A stretch of 64,000 nucleotides of DNA, taken from an uncultured Nitrososphaerota archaeon. GTDB lineage: Archaea > Thermoproteota > EX4484-205 > JAAOZP01. The DNA lies in assembly GCA_964416155.1 (NCBI GenBank), contig CAYQCW010000003.1, forward strand, positions 147,774 through 211,773, read 5' to 3'. Below the pieces are notes generated by a model that saw only the letters and a list, made by a program, of their open reading frames with translations, was not told the origin of the DNA and searched no databases. Shown piece by piece: positions 9,936 through 18,577 of this stretch (position 1 is the stretch's first letter; every line of letters begins with the position of its first letter). A program made the translations under genes and the position numbers.

Positions 9936-11141
9936 CTATAGCTCGCTGGAATGGGTTTTGATTTTAACTATGGCCTCCACTATATCATCCATGTCTTCTC
10001 TAGCCCCCAAGAATATTGATTGGGGCAATGTAACGGCTTCCTGAATAGCACTCTCTGCCACAGGATACTTTGGCTTTCTTATTATTCGCGGCCGAGTGCC
10101 ATGAGCTGTTAGCGTCATGTTGAGAGGCGGATGGTCTATTCCGCCGCAGGGGACCCCTTCAGCCTTAAGAGCCTCCACGAATCTTTCAACAGAAACATTT
10201 CCAAAGCTTTTCGAGTCGTATTTAAACAGGTATGGCCAAGGCTGATGTCTGGTTAGTTTTTCATCTATCTTAAGCGGAGCGACCCCCTCGATTTCCCTCA
10301 GCCTCCTGCTCAAGTATTCGCTGTTAGTCTGTCTGGTTTTCGTCTGCTCCTCAAGCCTTTCCAGCTGAACCAGCAGTATTGCTGCTTGAAACTGCGTCAT
10401 CCTGAAATTCCACCAGTTCCACCAATAGTCAATCCCCACGTTGTACACATCGTCTCCTCTTATTCTTCCACATGTTCTTAATGCTCTGCATCTCTCAGCG
10501 TAAAGCCTATTGCTAGTTACTATTATTCCTCCTTCCCCAGCAGCCATGAGTTTCCCCTGCTGGAAGCTGAAGCAGCCAATGTCTCCAATCGACCCCGCCG
10601 GCTTATTCCTCCACATGAAGCCGTGGGCTCTAGCGCAATCCTCTATTAACGCGATACTGTGTTTCTCCGCGATTTCCGAGAGCTTATCCATATCCGGAGC
10701 GTTCCCATAGTTGTAGACTGAGATTATGGCCTTGGTTCGACTCGTAATGCTGTTTTCAACCTCTTCAACGCTCATGCAATATGTCTCAGGATCAACATCC
10801 ACTATGATTAGTTTTCCTCCAGTCATTAAGACCGCGCTCCCCGTCGCCCAGAACGTGAGCGCAGGCACTATCACTTCATCTCCGGGGCCCACTCCGATTG
10901 AGAGGAGAGCCAGGTGTAGGGCTTCTGTACCGCTTGAGACGCAAACCCCGTATTCGCAGCCGTGGAACCTGGAGAATTTTTCTTCAAACTCTTTTTCCTT
11001 TGGACCGCTCTCCTCAACTCCTCCTCCCCAAAACCTGCTTTTCAAGGTTTCCTCAAGAGCCTTCAGCTCCCTTTCGTCGTAGACTGGCCATGCTGGCCAA
11101 GGCTTGGTTCTAGTGGGTTTTCCCCCTTTTATCGCTAGCAT
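9936..11141 (-). CDS. DegT/DnrJ/EryC1/StrS PLP aminotransferase (RifK/BtrR-like)
   Basis: Motifs SSGTEALHLAL, VGPGDEVIVP, EDCARAHG and SFQQGKLMAAGEGG (PLP lysine). Confidence 0.9.
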   Translation of the reverse strand: MLAIKGGKPTRTKPWPAWPVYDERELKALEETLKSRFWGGGVEESGPKEKEFEEKFSRFHGCEYGVCVSSGTEALHLALLSIGVGPGDEVIVPALTFWATGSAVLMTGGKLIIVDVDPETYCMSVEEVENSITSRTKAIISVYNYGNAPDMDKLSEIAEKHSIALIEDCARAHGFMWRNKPAGSIGDIGCFSFQQGKLMAAGEGGIIVTSNRLYAERCRALRTCGRIRGDDVYNVGIDYWWNWWNFRMTQFQAAILLVQLERLEEQTKTRQTNSEYLSRRLREIEGVAPLKIDEKLTRHQPWPYLFKYDSKSFGNVSVERFVEALKAEGVPCGGIDHPPLNMTLTAHGTRPRIIRKPKYPVAESAIQEAVTLPQSIFLGAREDMDDIVEAIVKIKTHSSEL

Positions 11142-11206
11142 GAGGTATTTTTTCAGCGGTTCATTTAAAGCTTACTAAGACAAGTAGATTAAAAACCTAT
11201 GCGTTG

Positions 11207-12298
11207 TCAATCATGCGCGGCGAATCTGTTAAATGATTCTTTCTTCACAGCATCATAAATCGCCAATATGTTTTCTAACGGAGTGTCTGGCTGTAGAGAG
11301 TGCGACGGCCCCAAGATGAGCCCGGTTGATCCGAGTTCTCTGATTCTTTTTCTAACCTCTTTCCTCACATCCTCAACGTTCCCAAATGGAAGTGTTCTTT
11401 GTATTGAAAGCGTGCCTTCAAACGCCATCCTGTTTCCACATAGTCCTCTTATTCTCACGGGGTCCATGGTTTCTGGTTGAACCGGGTTAAGTATGTCAAC
11501 GCCTATTTCAACCAAGTCTTGAATTATAGGCTCAATCCATCCGTCGCTATGGAAGAAGAAATACTTACCCTTGGAATGAATTAAATCAGACAGAAGGCAG
11601 TACCTAGGCTTGAGAAACTTTCTCCACATCGTGGGAGACAGTATCATGGTGTTCTGAGCACCCACATCGTCACCATCATAAATGACATCGACATTGGCTT
11701 CCAGCAATAATCGCGCCTGTTTCAAACGGATCTCGTTAAGCTCGTCGAGAACCCTCTCCACCCTAGGGTCGTTTCTACTCATCATCACCATGAGTTCGTT
11801 GAAACCTGTCAACTGCCAAGCGATTTCAAAAAGGTGGATCACGCCACCGTAGACGCAGAAGCTCTCATTTTTCATCCTGTATTGTTTTACAAGCTCGAAG
11901 CTTTCCTCGTTGACTTCAGGCCAAACATAGTCTTCAACATCTATGGTTCTAAGGGGATAATTGACATACTGATAAGTGTAGGTTTTACTTGACCACTTGC
12001 TTACTATCCCCCACCTGTCTTTCCTAAACTCGTATTCTCTGCTGCGTCCAACCGTGTAAGCAGCCTCATATGGCCCTTCCTTAACTTCAACTCCTTCAGG
12101 GATGTATCCACCGGTTAAGCCGATGGCTGGTGCAAACCTTACATCCACGTCGAGTTTGGAACAGACATTGTCGAACCCGTTGACGTTGAAGTGTTCCTCC
12201 AGAAGGGAAATGACCTCCGGTCTTGCTCTAAGGACAGTTGGCACCCTGTCTATTTCCTCAAACTCGATAGATTTGATGCACCTTTCTCTCGGATCCAT
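11207..12298 (-). CDS. Uroporphyrinogen decarboxylase / MtaA-CmuA superfamily protein
   Basis: Motifs DRVP, GDDVGAQ, FHSDG, DILNPVQP and GPSHSLQPDTPLENI. Confidence 0.85.
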   Translation of the reverse strand: MDPRERCIKSIEFEEIDRVPTVLRARPEVISLLEEHFNVNGFDNVCSKLDVDVRFAPAIGLTGGYIPEGVEVKEGPYEAAYTVGRSREYEFRKDRWGIVSKWSSKTYTYQYVNYPLRTIDVEDYVWPEVNEESFELVKQYRMKNESFCVYGGVIHLFEIAWQLTGFNELMVMMSRNDPRVERVLDELNEIRLKQARLLLEANVDVIYDGDDVGAQNTMILSPTMWRKFLKPRYCLLSDLIHSKGKYFFFHSDGWIEPIIQDLVEIGVDILNPVQPETMDPVRIRGLCGNRMAFEGTLSIQRTLPFGNVEDVRKEVRKRIRELGSTGLILGPSHSLQPDTPLENILAIYDAVKKESFNRFAAHD

Positions 12299-12406
12299 CC
12301 TGAGTTTTTCTGATTATGCTGGATTTAATCTTTTCAAAAGTGTTAAAACTAGACATTCCTGATTCCGCATAACGTCGATCTAGTGAGTAAAGGACATTTA
12401 GGCTTG

Positions 12407-13423
12407 TTAGCTGATTTCAACAGGCATACCTATTTCGCTTGACTTGATGATGGCACTTATAACTTTCGTTACGATAAGACCGTCTTCACCGGTTACGGGA
12501 GGTGTTGAATCATGTATCAAGCAGTCTACGAAGCATTCTAGTCCCGCTCTTAGAAACACGCTGATGTTTTCAGATGGTAAGACATACACGTCTGGAAACA
12601 CAATTCTATGTTCATTCACAACCCTCACGCTGCCGTGATGCGTCCTATCTATTCTCACTGCACCCTTTTCCCCGAAAATCTCCATTTTAAAATCCACTAT
12701 GAACGGTTCTCCCTTCGGGAGAATCCAGCTGTTCTCCATTATGGCGGTGATTCCATTTTGAAACTCGATTACAGCCTGGTAGAAGTCTTGGGTCTTGATT
12801 CCCCTTGCGTCCAGCACAATCGACCTTGAAACCCCGAAGACTCTTTTAGCCTCATCGTTAAAAAGCCATCTCAGTAGGTCGAAAACATGGCTTCCGAGAA
12901 ACCAGAGAACATTAGTCTTATCAGACCATTTTATCATTTCGGTTGGAACATATATTGTGTCGCTCAGACGGGCATATGCATTAACGATTCTGCCAATTCC
13001 ACCTGCTTCTATCGTGTCCTTAGCTAGCCTGAAGGGAGGACTCCACCTATTGCTGAAGTTAACCATCAGCTTGAGGCCGCGTTTATTCGCCTCGTCAACT
13101 ATCTTCTGGGCATCTTCAACGTTCGTCGCGAGAGGTTTTTCTATGAGCAGATGCTTATTGTTCCCAAGAGCTGTGAGCGCAGGCTCCGTATGCAGGTGGT
13201 CCGGCGTGCAGATGGAAACCGCCTCGACATCTGGATCCTTAGCAAGGTCTTGGAAATCAGCGTATATTCTCGGGACACCGTATTTTTCTCCAATCTCTCT
13301 AGCCCTTTTCTCATTCAGATCAGCGACCGCCAGAACCTCGGCATGCCCTATCGTTTTAAACGCTTTTAACTGCTGCTCACCCTGGATTCCAACACCGACA
13401 ATTCCTATCTTAGCCTTTCTCAT
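12407..13423 (-). CDS. Gfo/Idh/MocA NAD-dependent oxidoreductase
   Basis: Motifs GIVGVGIQG, CTPDHLH and IEKPLA. Confidence 0.9.
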   Translation of the reverse strand: MRKAKIGIVGVGIQGEQQLKAFKTIGHAEVLAVADLNEKRAREIGEKYGVPRIYADFQDLAKDPDVEAVSICTPDHLHTEPALTALGNNKHLLIEKPLATNVEDAQKIVDEANKRGLKLMVNFSNRWSPPFRLAKDTIEAGGIGRIVNAYARLSDTIYVPTEMIKWSDKTNVLWFLGSHVFDLLRWLFNDEAKRVFGVSRSIVLDARGIKTQDFYQAVIEFQNGITAIMENSWILPKGEPFIVDFKMEIFGEKGAVRIDRTHHGSVRVVNEHRIVFPDVYVLPSENISVFLRAGLECFVDCLIHDSTPPVTGEDGLIVTKVISAIIKSSEIGMPVEIS

Positions 13424-13510
13424 GGAGTAAACCAGAGCTTAAAACCATAATAAAGCTTTTTTAATCAGCAGCCGTTTTAACACACTGCTTAACTCAGAAC
13501 ATGGGGCTTG

Positions 13511-14425
13511 CTAATCTTCTCTTCTATACGGTGTTCCCAGTGCTGCAGGTGCACCGAGCCTTTTTCTCAGGAGGCCCAATGAGCTGGCAACCAGCACTAC
13601 GATGGTGGAGACATATGGAAGCGCGCCGAGCAGGCTTGCCGGAACCCCGTACTCCTGAAGGTGAAACTGGAGGACCTCAACCCCTCCGAAAAGATATGCT
13701 CCAATTAGGCTTCCAAGAGGGTTCCACAGGGAAAATATTGTTAGAGCCAAGGCGATCCATCCTCTGCCCATCATCACGCCCTCCCTCCAGCCTGGAGTAT
13801 AAGAGAGGGTTACGTAGGCACCGCCGAGGCCCCCGAGTACTCCTCCTAGGAAAACACACAAGTATCTAACCAAGTATACGTTGACTCCAGCGGCATCCGC
13901 AGCCTCAGGCTTCTCTCCTACTGCTCTCACTGTTATCCCAAACCTTGTTTTAAACAGGATAAGCCACATTGCTATCGAAAGCACCATTCCCAGATAGACT
14001 ACCGGATCATGGCAGAATAGCCCGCCTGCTAAAGGTATTTCCGTTAAAACGGGTATTTGAAGAAGAGGGAGGCTTTCTCTAAGAGGCAGCCCCACGTATT
14101 TTGCTCCCAAGAGACTGCTAATTCCCGTCCCGAGCATTGCAAGAGCCAAGCCTGAAACAGTCTGGTTTACCCCGAGACTTATGCTCGTAAACCCGTGTAT
14201 GAGTGAGAAGAGGCCTCCGGCAAGCATTGCTACGGCTAAGCCTATCCAGACTGATCCCGTGAGCCATGTTGCAGCAAAGCCCGCTAGGGCTCCGATCGTC
14301 ATCACACCGTCGAGCCCAAGGTTTAAAACTCCGGATCTTTCACAGTATATTTCCCCGAGAGTCGCAAGCATCAGCGGCGTCCCGGCTCTGACTGCTTCAG
14401 CCAGTATCGAGGCAGCTAAATCCAT
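13511..14425 (-). CDS. Nucleoside/sugar ABC transporter permease
   Basis: Motifs ERSGVLNLGLDG, GEKPEAADAAGV and GRGWIALA. Confidence 0.9.
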   Translation of the reverse strand: MDLAASILAEAVRAGTPLMLATLGEIYCERSGVLNLGLDGVMTIGALAGFAATWLTGSVWIGLAVAMLAGGLFSLIHGFTSISLGVNQTVSGLALAMLGTGISSLLGAKYVGLPLRESLPLLQIPVLTEIPLAGGLFCHDPVVYLGMVLSIAMWLILFKTRFGITVRAVGEKPEAADAAGVNVYLVRYLCVFLGGVLGGLGGAYVTLSYTPGWREGVMMGRGWIALALTIFSLWNPLGSLIGAYLFGGVEVLQFHLQEYGVPASLLGALPYVSTIVVLVASSLGLLRKRLGAPAALGTPYRRED

Positions 14426-15492
14426 ATTCTGCTACTACCTATTTTAATCACGATTCTGTATTTGGCTAGAATCTCGCTACTTATAATGAAGAGGAGAATA
14501 ATTCCGTTAAACACGTATACGAGGCTGGATGGCAGTCTGAGGGAAATCTGTATCGCATCACCACCCACCATCAAGCCGCTTATGAAGAACGATGCTATGA
14601 GCGTCGCCAGAGGATCAAGCCCGCTGAGCCAAGCCGGGATTATCGCAGTATAACCGTAGCCGGGGGATATCCCTCTTATTAGCCGCCCATGTATGCCAGC
14701 GACCTCCCCTACTCCAGCAACTCCTGCAAGTCCTCCGCTGACCAGCATGACTAGCAGGATATTCTTGGTTACACTTATCCCAGCATACTTAGCTGCGTCC
14801 GGATTACCTCCTACGACTTTTACCTCGTAGCCAATCTTCGTCCTCTTCATTAACACGTAGAGGATGAGTGTTGAGGCTAGGAGCAGTATGAGAGTATAGT
14901 AGTGTATTCTAGTTCCCACTATCATGGGGAACCTGGCGTAGCTTGGGAAAGGGTCTGTCTGCGGGAACCCCCACTGGGTTAACCCTCTCCATGGACCTGT
15001 CACCACATAGTCCAGCAGCTTTAAGGAGATGTAGTTCATCATAAGAGTCACTATGACCTCGCTGATGTTGAGCCTTGATTTCAGCAGCGCTGGTAACAGT
15101 GCCCATGCAGCCCCGAAAATGAAGCCCGCAAGCAGCATTACAATAATGATTATGCTTTGGGGAAGACCGGAGTATAGCACGACCCATGTTGCAGCCGTGG
15201 AGCCTATTATCAGCTGTCCCTCAGCACCTATGTTTAAAACTCTCGCCCTGTAGGCGAGGGTAAGCCCGACGGCGCATAACCCTATTGGAAGCATTTTCAC
15301 AATCGTCTCACAGAAACCATACGGGCTTCCAAAGGCTCCTGTAAAAATCCTCAGATAGGCGTCGACCGGGTTCACACCGTAAGCGGCGAATAACAATCCT
15401 ATAACCGGGAGTGACAGTAATACAGCGAGTATTCTAGAAGATATGTCGATCCTCCTGGATACGGTTTGTCTTCTCTCCAGTCTTATTTCCAA
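14416..15492 (-). CDS. Nucleoside/sugar ABC transporter permease
   Basis: Motifs NIGAEGQ, EVIVTLMMNY, NPDAAKYAGI and GYGYTAI. Confidence 0.9.
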   Translation of the reverse strand: MEIRLERRQTVSRRIDISSRILAVLLSLPVIGLLFAAYGVNPVDAYLRIFTGAFGSPYGFCETIVKMLPIGLCAVGLTLAYRARVLNIGAEGQLIIGSTAATWVVLYSGLPQSIIIIVMLLAGFIFGAAWALLPALLKSRLNISEVIVTLMMNYISLKLLDYVVTGPWRGLTQWGFPQTDPFPSYARFPMIVGTRIHYYTLILLLASTLILYVLMKRTKIGYEVKVVGGNPDAAKYAGISVTKNILLVMLVSGGLAGVAGVGEVAGIHGRLIRGISPGYGYTAIIPAWLSGLDPLATLIASFFISGLMVGGDAIQISLRLPSSLVYVFNGIILLFIISSEILAKYRIVIKIGSSRIWI

Positions 15493-15544
15493 TCTTCACA
15501 CCACTGCTTCAATAAGCATGTTTTAACACTTCTCTTGACCATGG

Positions 15545-17059
15545 CTACGCTGCTCCCGCGGTCATCGCAAGCCCAACTTCGCTGATTGACACGCCTTCCC
15601 CAAACTCTCTGACTATTTTACCCTCCTTCATAACAAGTATCCTATTGCTTAAAGCTAAAACCTCCTCGAGGTCTTCGGAAACCAAGAGGACACTGCCCCC
15701 GGCTTCCCTAAGCCTGTGGAAGATCCAGTGCACATAATTTGTTGAAGCAACATCCAAGCCTGAAGTGGGATTGCTTGCGACAAGAATCTTAGGATTTATC
15801 GAGAGCTCTCTCGCAACTATCAGCTTCTGAATATTCCCACCTGAAAGGAGGCTTACCGGTGCATTCACGCTCGGTGCAACTATCTCAAACTCCTGAACAA
15901 GTTTTTCTGTTTCTCTCTGAATCGCTTCTGCATACATAAATATTCCCCTTGAAAACTTTTCCCCGTAAAGCTTCATAATCATGTTCTCCGCAACACTCAA
16001 GTCGGGTGCAACACCATATCTGAACCTGTCCTCAGGAATGTGTGCAACACCAAGCCTGATAATCTTCTTCGGAGGACTATTAGTAACATCCATCCCCATT
16101 ATTTTCACAGTTCCTTTTTCGACCCTCCTCAGTCCCGTGAGGGCTTCAACAAGCTCCCTCTGACCATTCCCCGCTACCCCCGCTACGCCTAGGATTTCCC
16201 CCTCCTTCATAACGAAGGAAACATCCTTGACTGCTACAAGACCCCTGTCATCTAAAACCCTTAGTCTCTCAACTTCTAAAACAGGCTTGCCGCCTTTCCT
16301 AGCATTGTTAATCCTAGGCTTGAATTCCAGAGGCCTGCCGACTATCATATTAACCAAGTCAAGCCTGCTTGCTTCACGCGGCTTAACTTCAGCCGCCACG
16401 ACCTTTCCTCTCCTCAGGATCGTTATGGAGTCGCTAGCCGTAAGCGCCTCGTTAAGCCTATGTGTTATCAGGATGATTGATTTGCCTGTTTCAACCATTC
16501 TCCTTAATGATTTGAAAAGCTCCTCCGACTCAATAGGTGTTAAGACGGAGGTGGGCTCGTCTAGGATTAGGAGTTTAACATTCCTGTAAAGCGTTTTTAA
16601 TATTTCAACCTTCTGCTGTTCTCCTGCCGAAAGCTGCCAGATTTTCGCGTTGAGATCGATCTTTAAACCATACGTCTTAGAAAGCTCATCCATCCTACTC
16701 CTAATCCCGTTAAAACTTATCCTGAAGCCTTCCTCAACAAACAGGGCTACGTTCTCCAGAACAGTAAGCTTATCCACAAGCATGAAATGCTGGTGAACCA
16801 TCCCTATTCCCATTTTCAACGCGTCCCTAGGCGAACCTATGCTGACCCTACGGCCCTCCACAATTATCTCCCCAGCGTCAGGCTTGTACATACCATATAG
16901 GATTCTCATAAGAGTTGTTTTACCCGCACCGTTCTCGCCTAGAAGAGCATGTATCTCTCCCTGTCTAACCCTAAAGTCGACATTATCCAGCGCGACAACC
17001 GTGGGAAACCTTTTCACAATCCCCCGCATTTCAACAAGATACTTAGAATTATTCGTCAA
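15545..17059 (-). CDS. CUT2-type ABC ATP-binding protein (two nucleotide-binding domains)
   Basis: Motifs GENGAGKT, LSAGEQQ, LDEPT and LSGGNIQK. Confidence 0.93.
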   Translation of the reverse strand: MTNNSKYLVEMRGIVKRFPTVVALDNVDFRVRQGEIHALLGENGAGKTTLMRILYGMYKPDAGEIIVEGRRVSIGSPRDALKMGIGMVHQHFMLVDKLTVLENVALFVEEGFRISFNGIRSRMDELSKTYGLKIDLNAKIWQLSAGEQQKVEILKTLYRNVKLLILDEPTSVLTPIESEELFKSLRRMVETGKSIILITHRLNEALTASDSITILRRGKVVAAEVKPREASRLDLVNMIVGRPLEFKPRINNARKGGKPVLEVERLRVLDDRGLVAVKDVSFVMKEGEILGVAGVAGNGQRELVEALTGLRRVEKGTVKIMGMDVTNSPPKKIIRLGVAHIPEDRFRYGVAPDLSVAENMIMKLYGEKFSRGIFMYAEAIQRETEKLVQEFEIVAPSVNAPVSLLSGGNIQKLIVARELSINPKILVASNPTSGLDVASTNYVHWIFHRLREAGGSVLLVSEDLEEVLALSNRILVMKEGKIVREFGEGVSISEVGLAMTAGAA

Positions 17060-17111
17060 GCTTCGTCAACATCCTTTCGAGAAAAAATAGGAGGTAGAGA
17101 CGTTTCTAGAA

Positions 17112-18374
17112 TCATCCTGACGGCGATCCTATTATGTTGTCTATGAACCAGTTCATCTCCTCCGTGAAAAGCTGAGCTATGGTCGCTCTCTGGCCTGCTG
17201 GAATCTTAACATTCCCCGCTTGGTCTCTTATTGGACCGGTGAACGGGTCGAAAGGCACGTTGGCATCCTTCATCAGCGTAAGCCTATTCATAACAGCGTC
17301 GTACACGCTTATGGATTGACCCGGCAGATACGTATTCTTTAAATCGTTAACGAACTTCGAGTTTATCGGCACTCCAGGCTTGCCACCGAGCTCCACTGCA
17401 CCCTCCTTGAGCAGCCAAAGGTAGTCAACATTAGCCAAGTTAGTATTGTTGTAGATGCCCATTCTGATCTTCATAAGTATGTCGGCGTAGATAACCTCCC
17501 AGTGGACTATCTGGCCGCTCACCACGACGTTGGGACCAACATCCTGCATCGGGCTGTAATGAGAGAAAACGTAGAGTTGCTTTCCTTGCCGATACTGTTC
17601 TTGAGCGAACTCAACTATGGCCGTAGAATCCTCTGTGAAGGCGATCGTATCGACACCGATGCTTACTAGTGCTTGGGCAGCCTCCCTAGCGCCAGTCGGA
17701 TTATACCATGCGAAAAGCCATCTCACATAGACCTTCGCCTCAGGATTAGCCTCCTTAACACCCAGTGCGAAAGCATTGATGTGTCTGAGGACTTCCGGTA
17801 TCGGATAGGCCGCCACATAGCCCACCTTGTTGCTCTTGGTCAAGGCACCAGCCATCAACCCGTTCAGATAATAAACCTGGTAGAAGTCCGCAAAGTATGT
17901 TCCGGAGTTAGGAGCTCTTTTGAAACCGCTGCAGTGGAAGAACATTTTATTAGGGTATTTCTGAGCAACCTCTATCGTTGGATCCATGAAGCCGAAGCTG
18001 GTTGTGAAAACCACGTCAACATTCTCCTCAGTAACAAGCCTCTCAATATACCTCGCAGCCTCAGCCTCTGGAACAGACTCTACGTAAATGGTTTCAAGCC
18101 ACGTGAAGACTTTTTCAACATACCTCCTGCCTTGATCGTGCGCAGCAGTCCAGCCGAAGTCTTCAACAGGACCAACGTATATGAACCCTGCTTTAAGCTT
18201 CTTAGTGAGCGAGCTGACGTTTTGCTGAAGCTGGTTGTACGATGTTTGAAGCTGGTTGTATTGGGACTCGGGAACCTTGCCTGCACCGCCCACGAAGTAT
18301 CCTGCAGCCAGTCCTATTATCAGGGAGATTGCTATCAGAAGAATCGTCATACCGCCTAACTTGGACAGGCTCAT
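17112..18374 (-). CDS. BMP-family (purine nucleoside) ABC substrate-binding protein
   Basis: Motifs YVGPVEDFGWTAAH, TSFGFMD and PIPEVLRHINAFALG; N-terminal TM anchor. Confidence 0.9.
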   Translation of the reverse strand: MSLSKLGGMTILLIAISLIIGLAAGYFVGGAGKVPESQYNQLQTSYNQLQQNVSSLTKKLKAGFIYVGPVEDFGWTAAHDQGRRYVEKVFTWLETIYVESVPEAEAARYIERLVTEENVDVVFTTSFGFMDPTIEVAQKYPNKMFFHCSGFKRAPNSGTYFADFYQVYYLNGLMAGALTKSNKVGYVAAYPIPEVLRHINAFALGVKEANPEAKVYVRWLFAWYNPTGAREAAQALVSIGVDTIAFTEDSTAIVEFAQEQYRQGKQLYVFSHYSPMQDVGPNVVVSGQIVHWEVIYADILMKIRMGIYNNTNLANVDYLWLLKEGAVELGGKPGVPINSKFVNDLKNTYLPGQSISVYDAVMNRLTLMKDANVPFDPFTGPIRDQAGNVKIPAGQRATIAQLFTEEMNWFIDNIIGSPSG

Positions 18375-18577
18375 TTTGGTTGAAAAGCCGCAGGAGGAGG
18401 AGCATTTAAATTTTTACAAAAAGAAAGGGAGTCCTATAGCCATTTTAAACACATAAATGTTAAATTTGACTTCCTCCAAGGGATTATGCGAGAGCAAGAG
18501 GCCATGAGGCCAGAAGCTTAAAGCACCCACTTGTATGTGAAAGCTTATATTTCTTCCCCACGAAGTGGAGACTTAAA

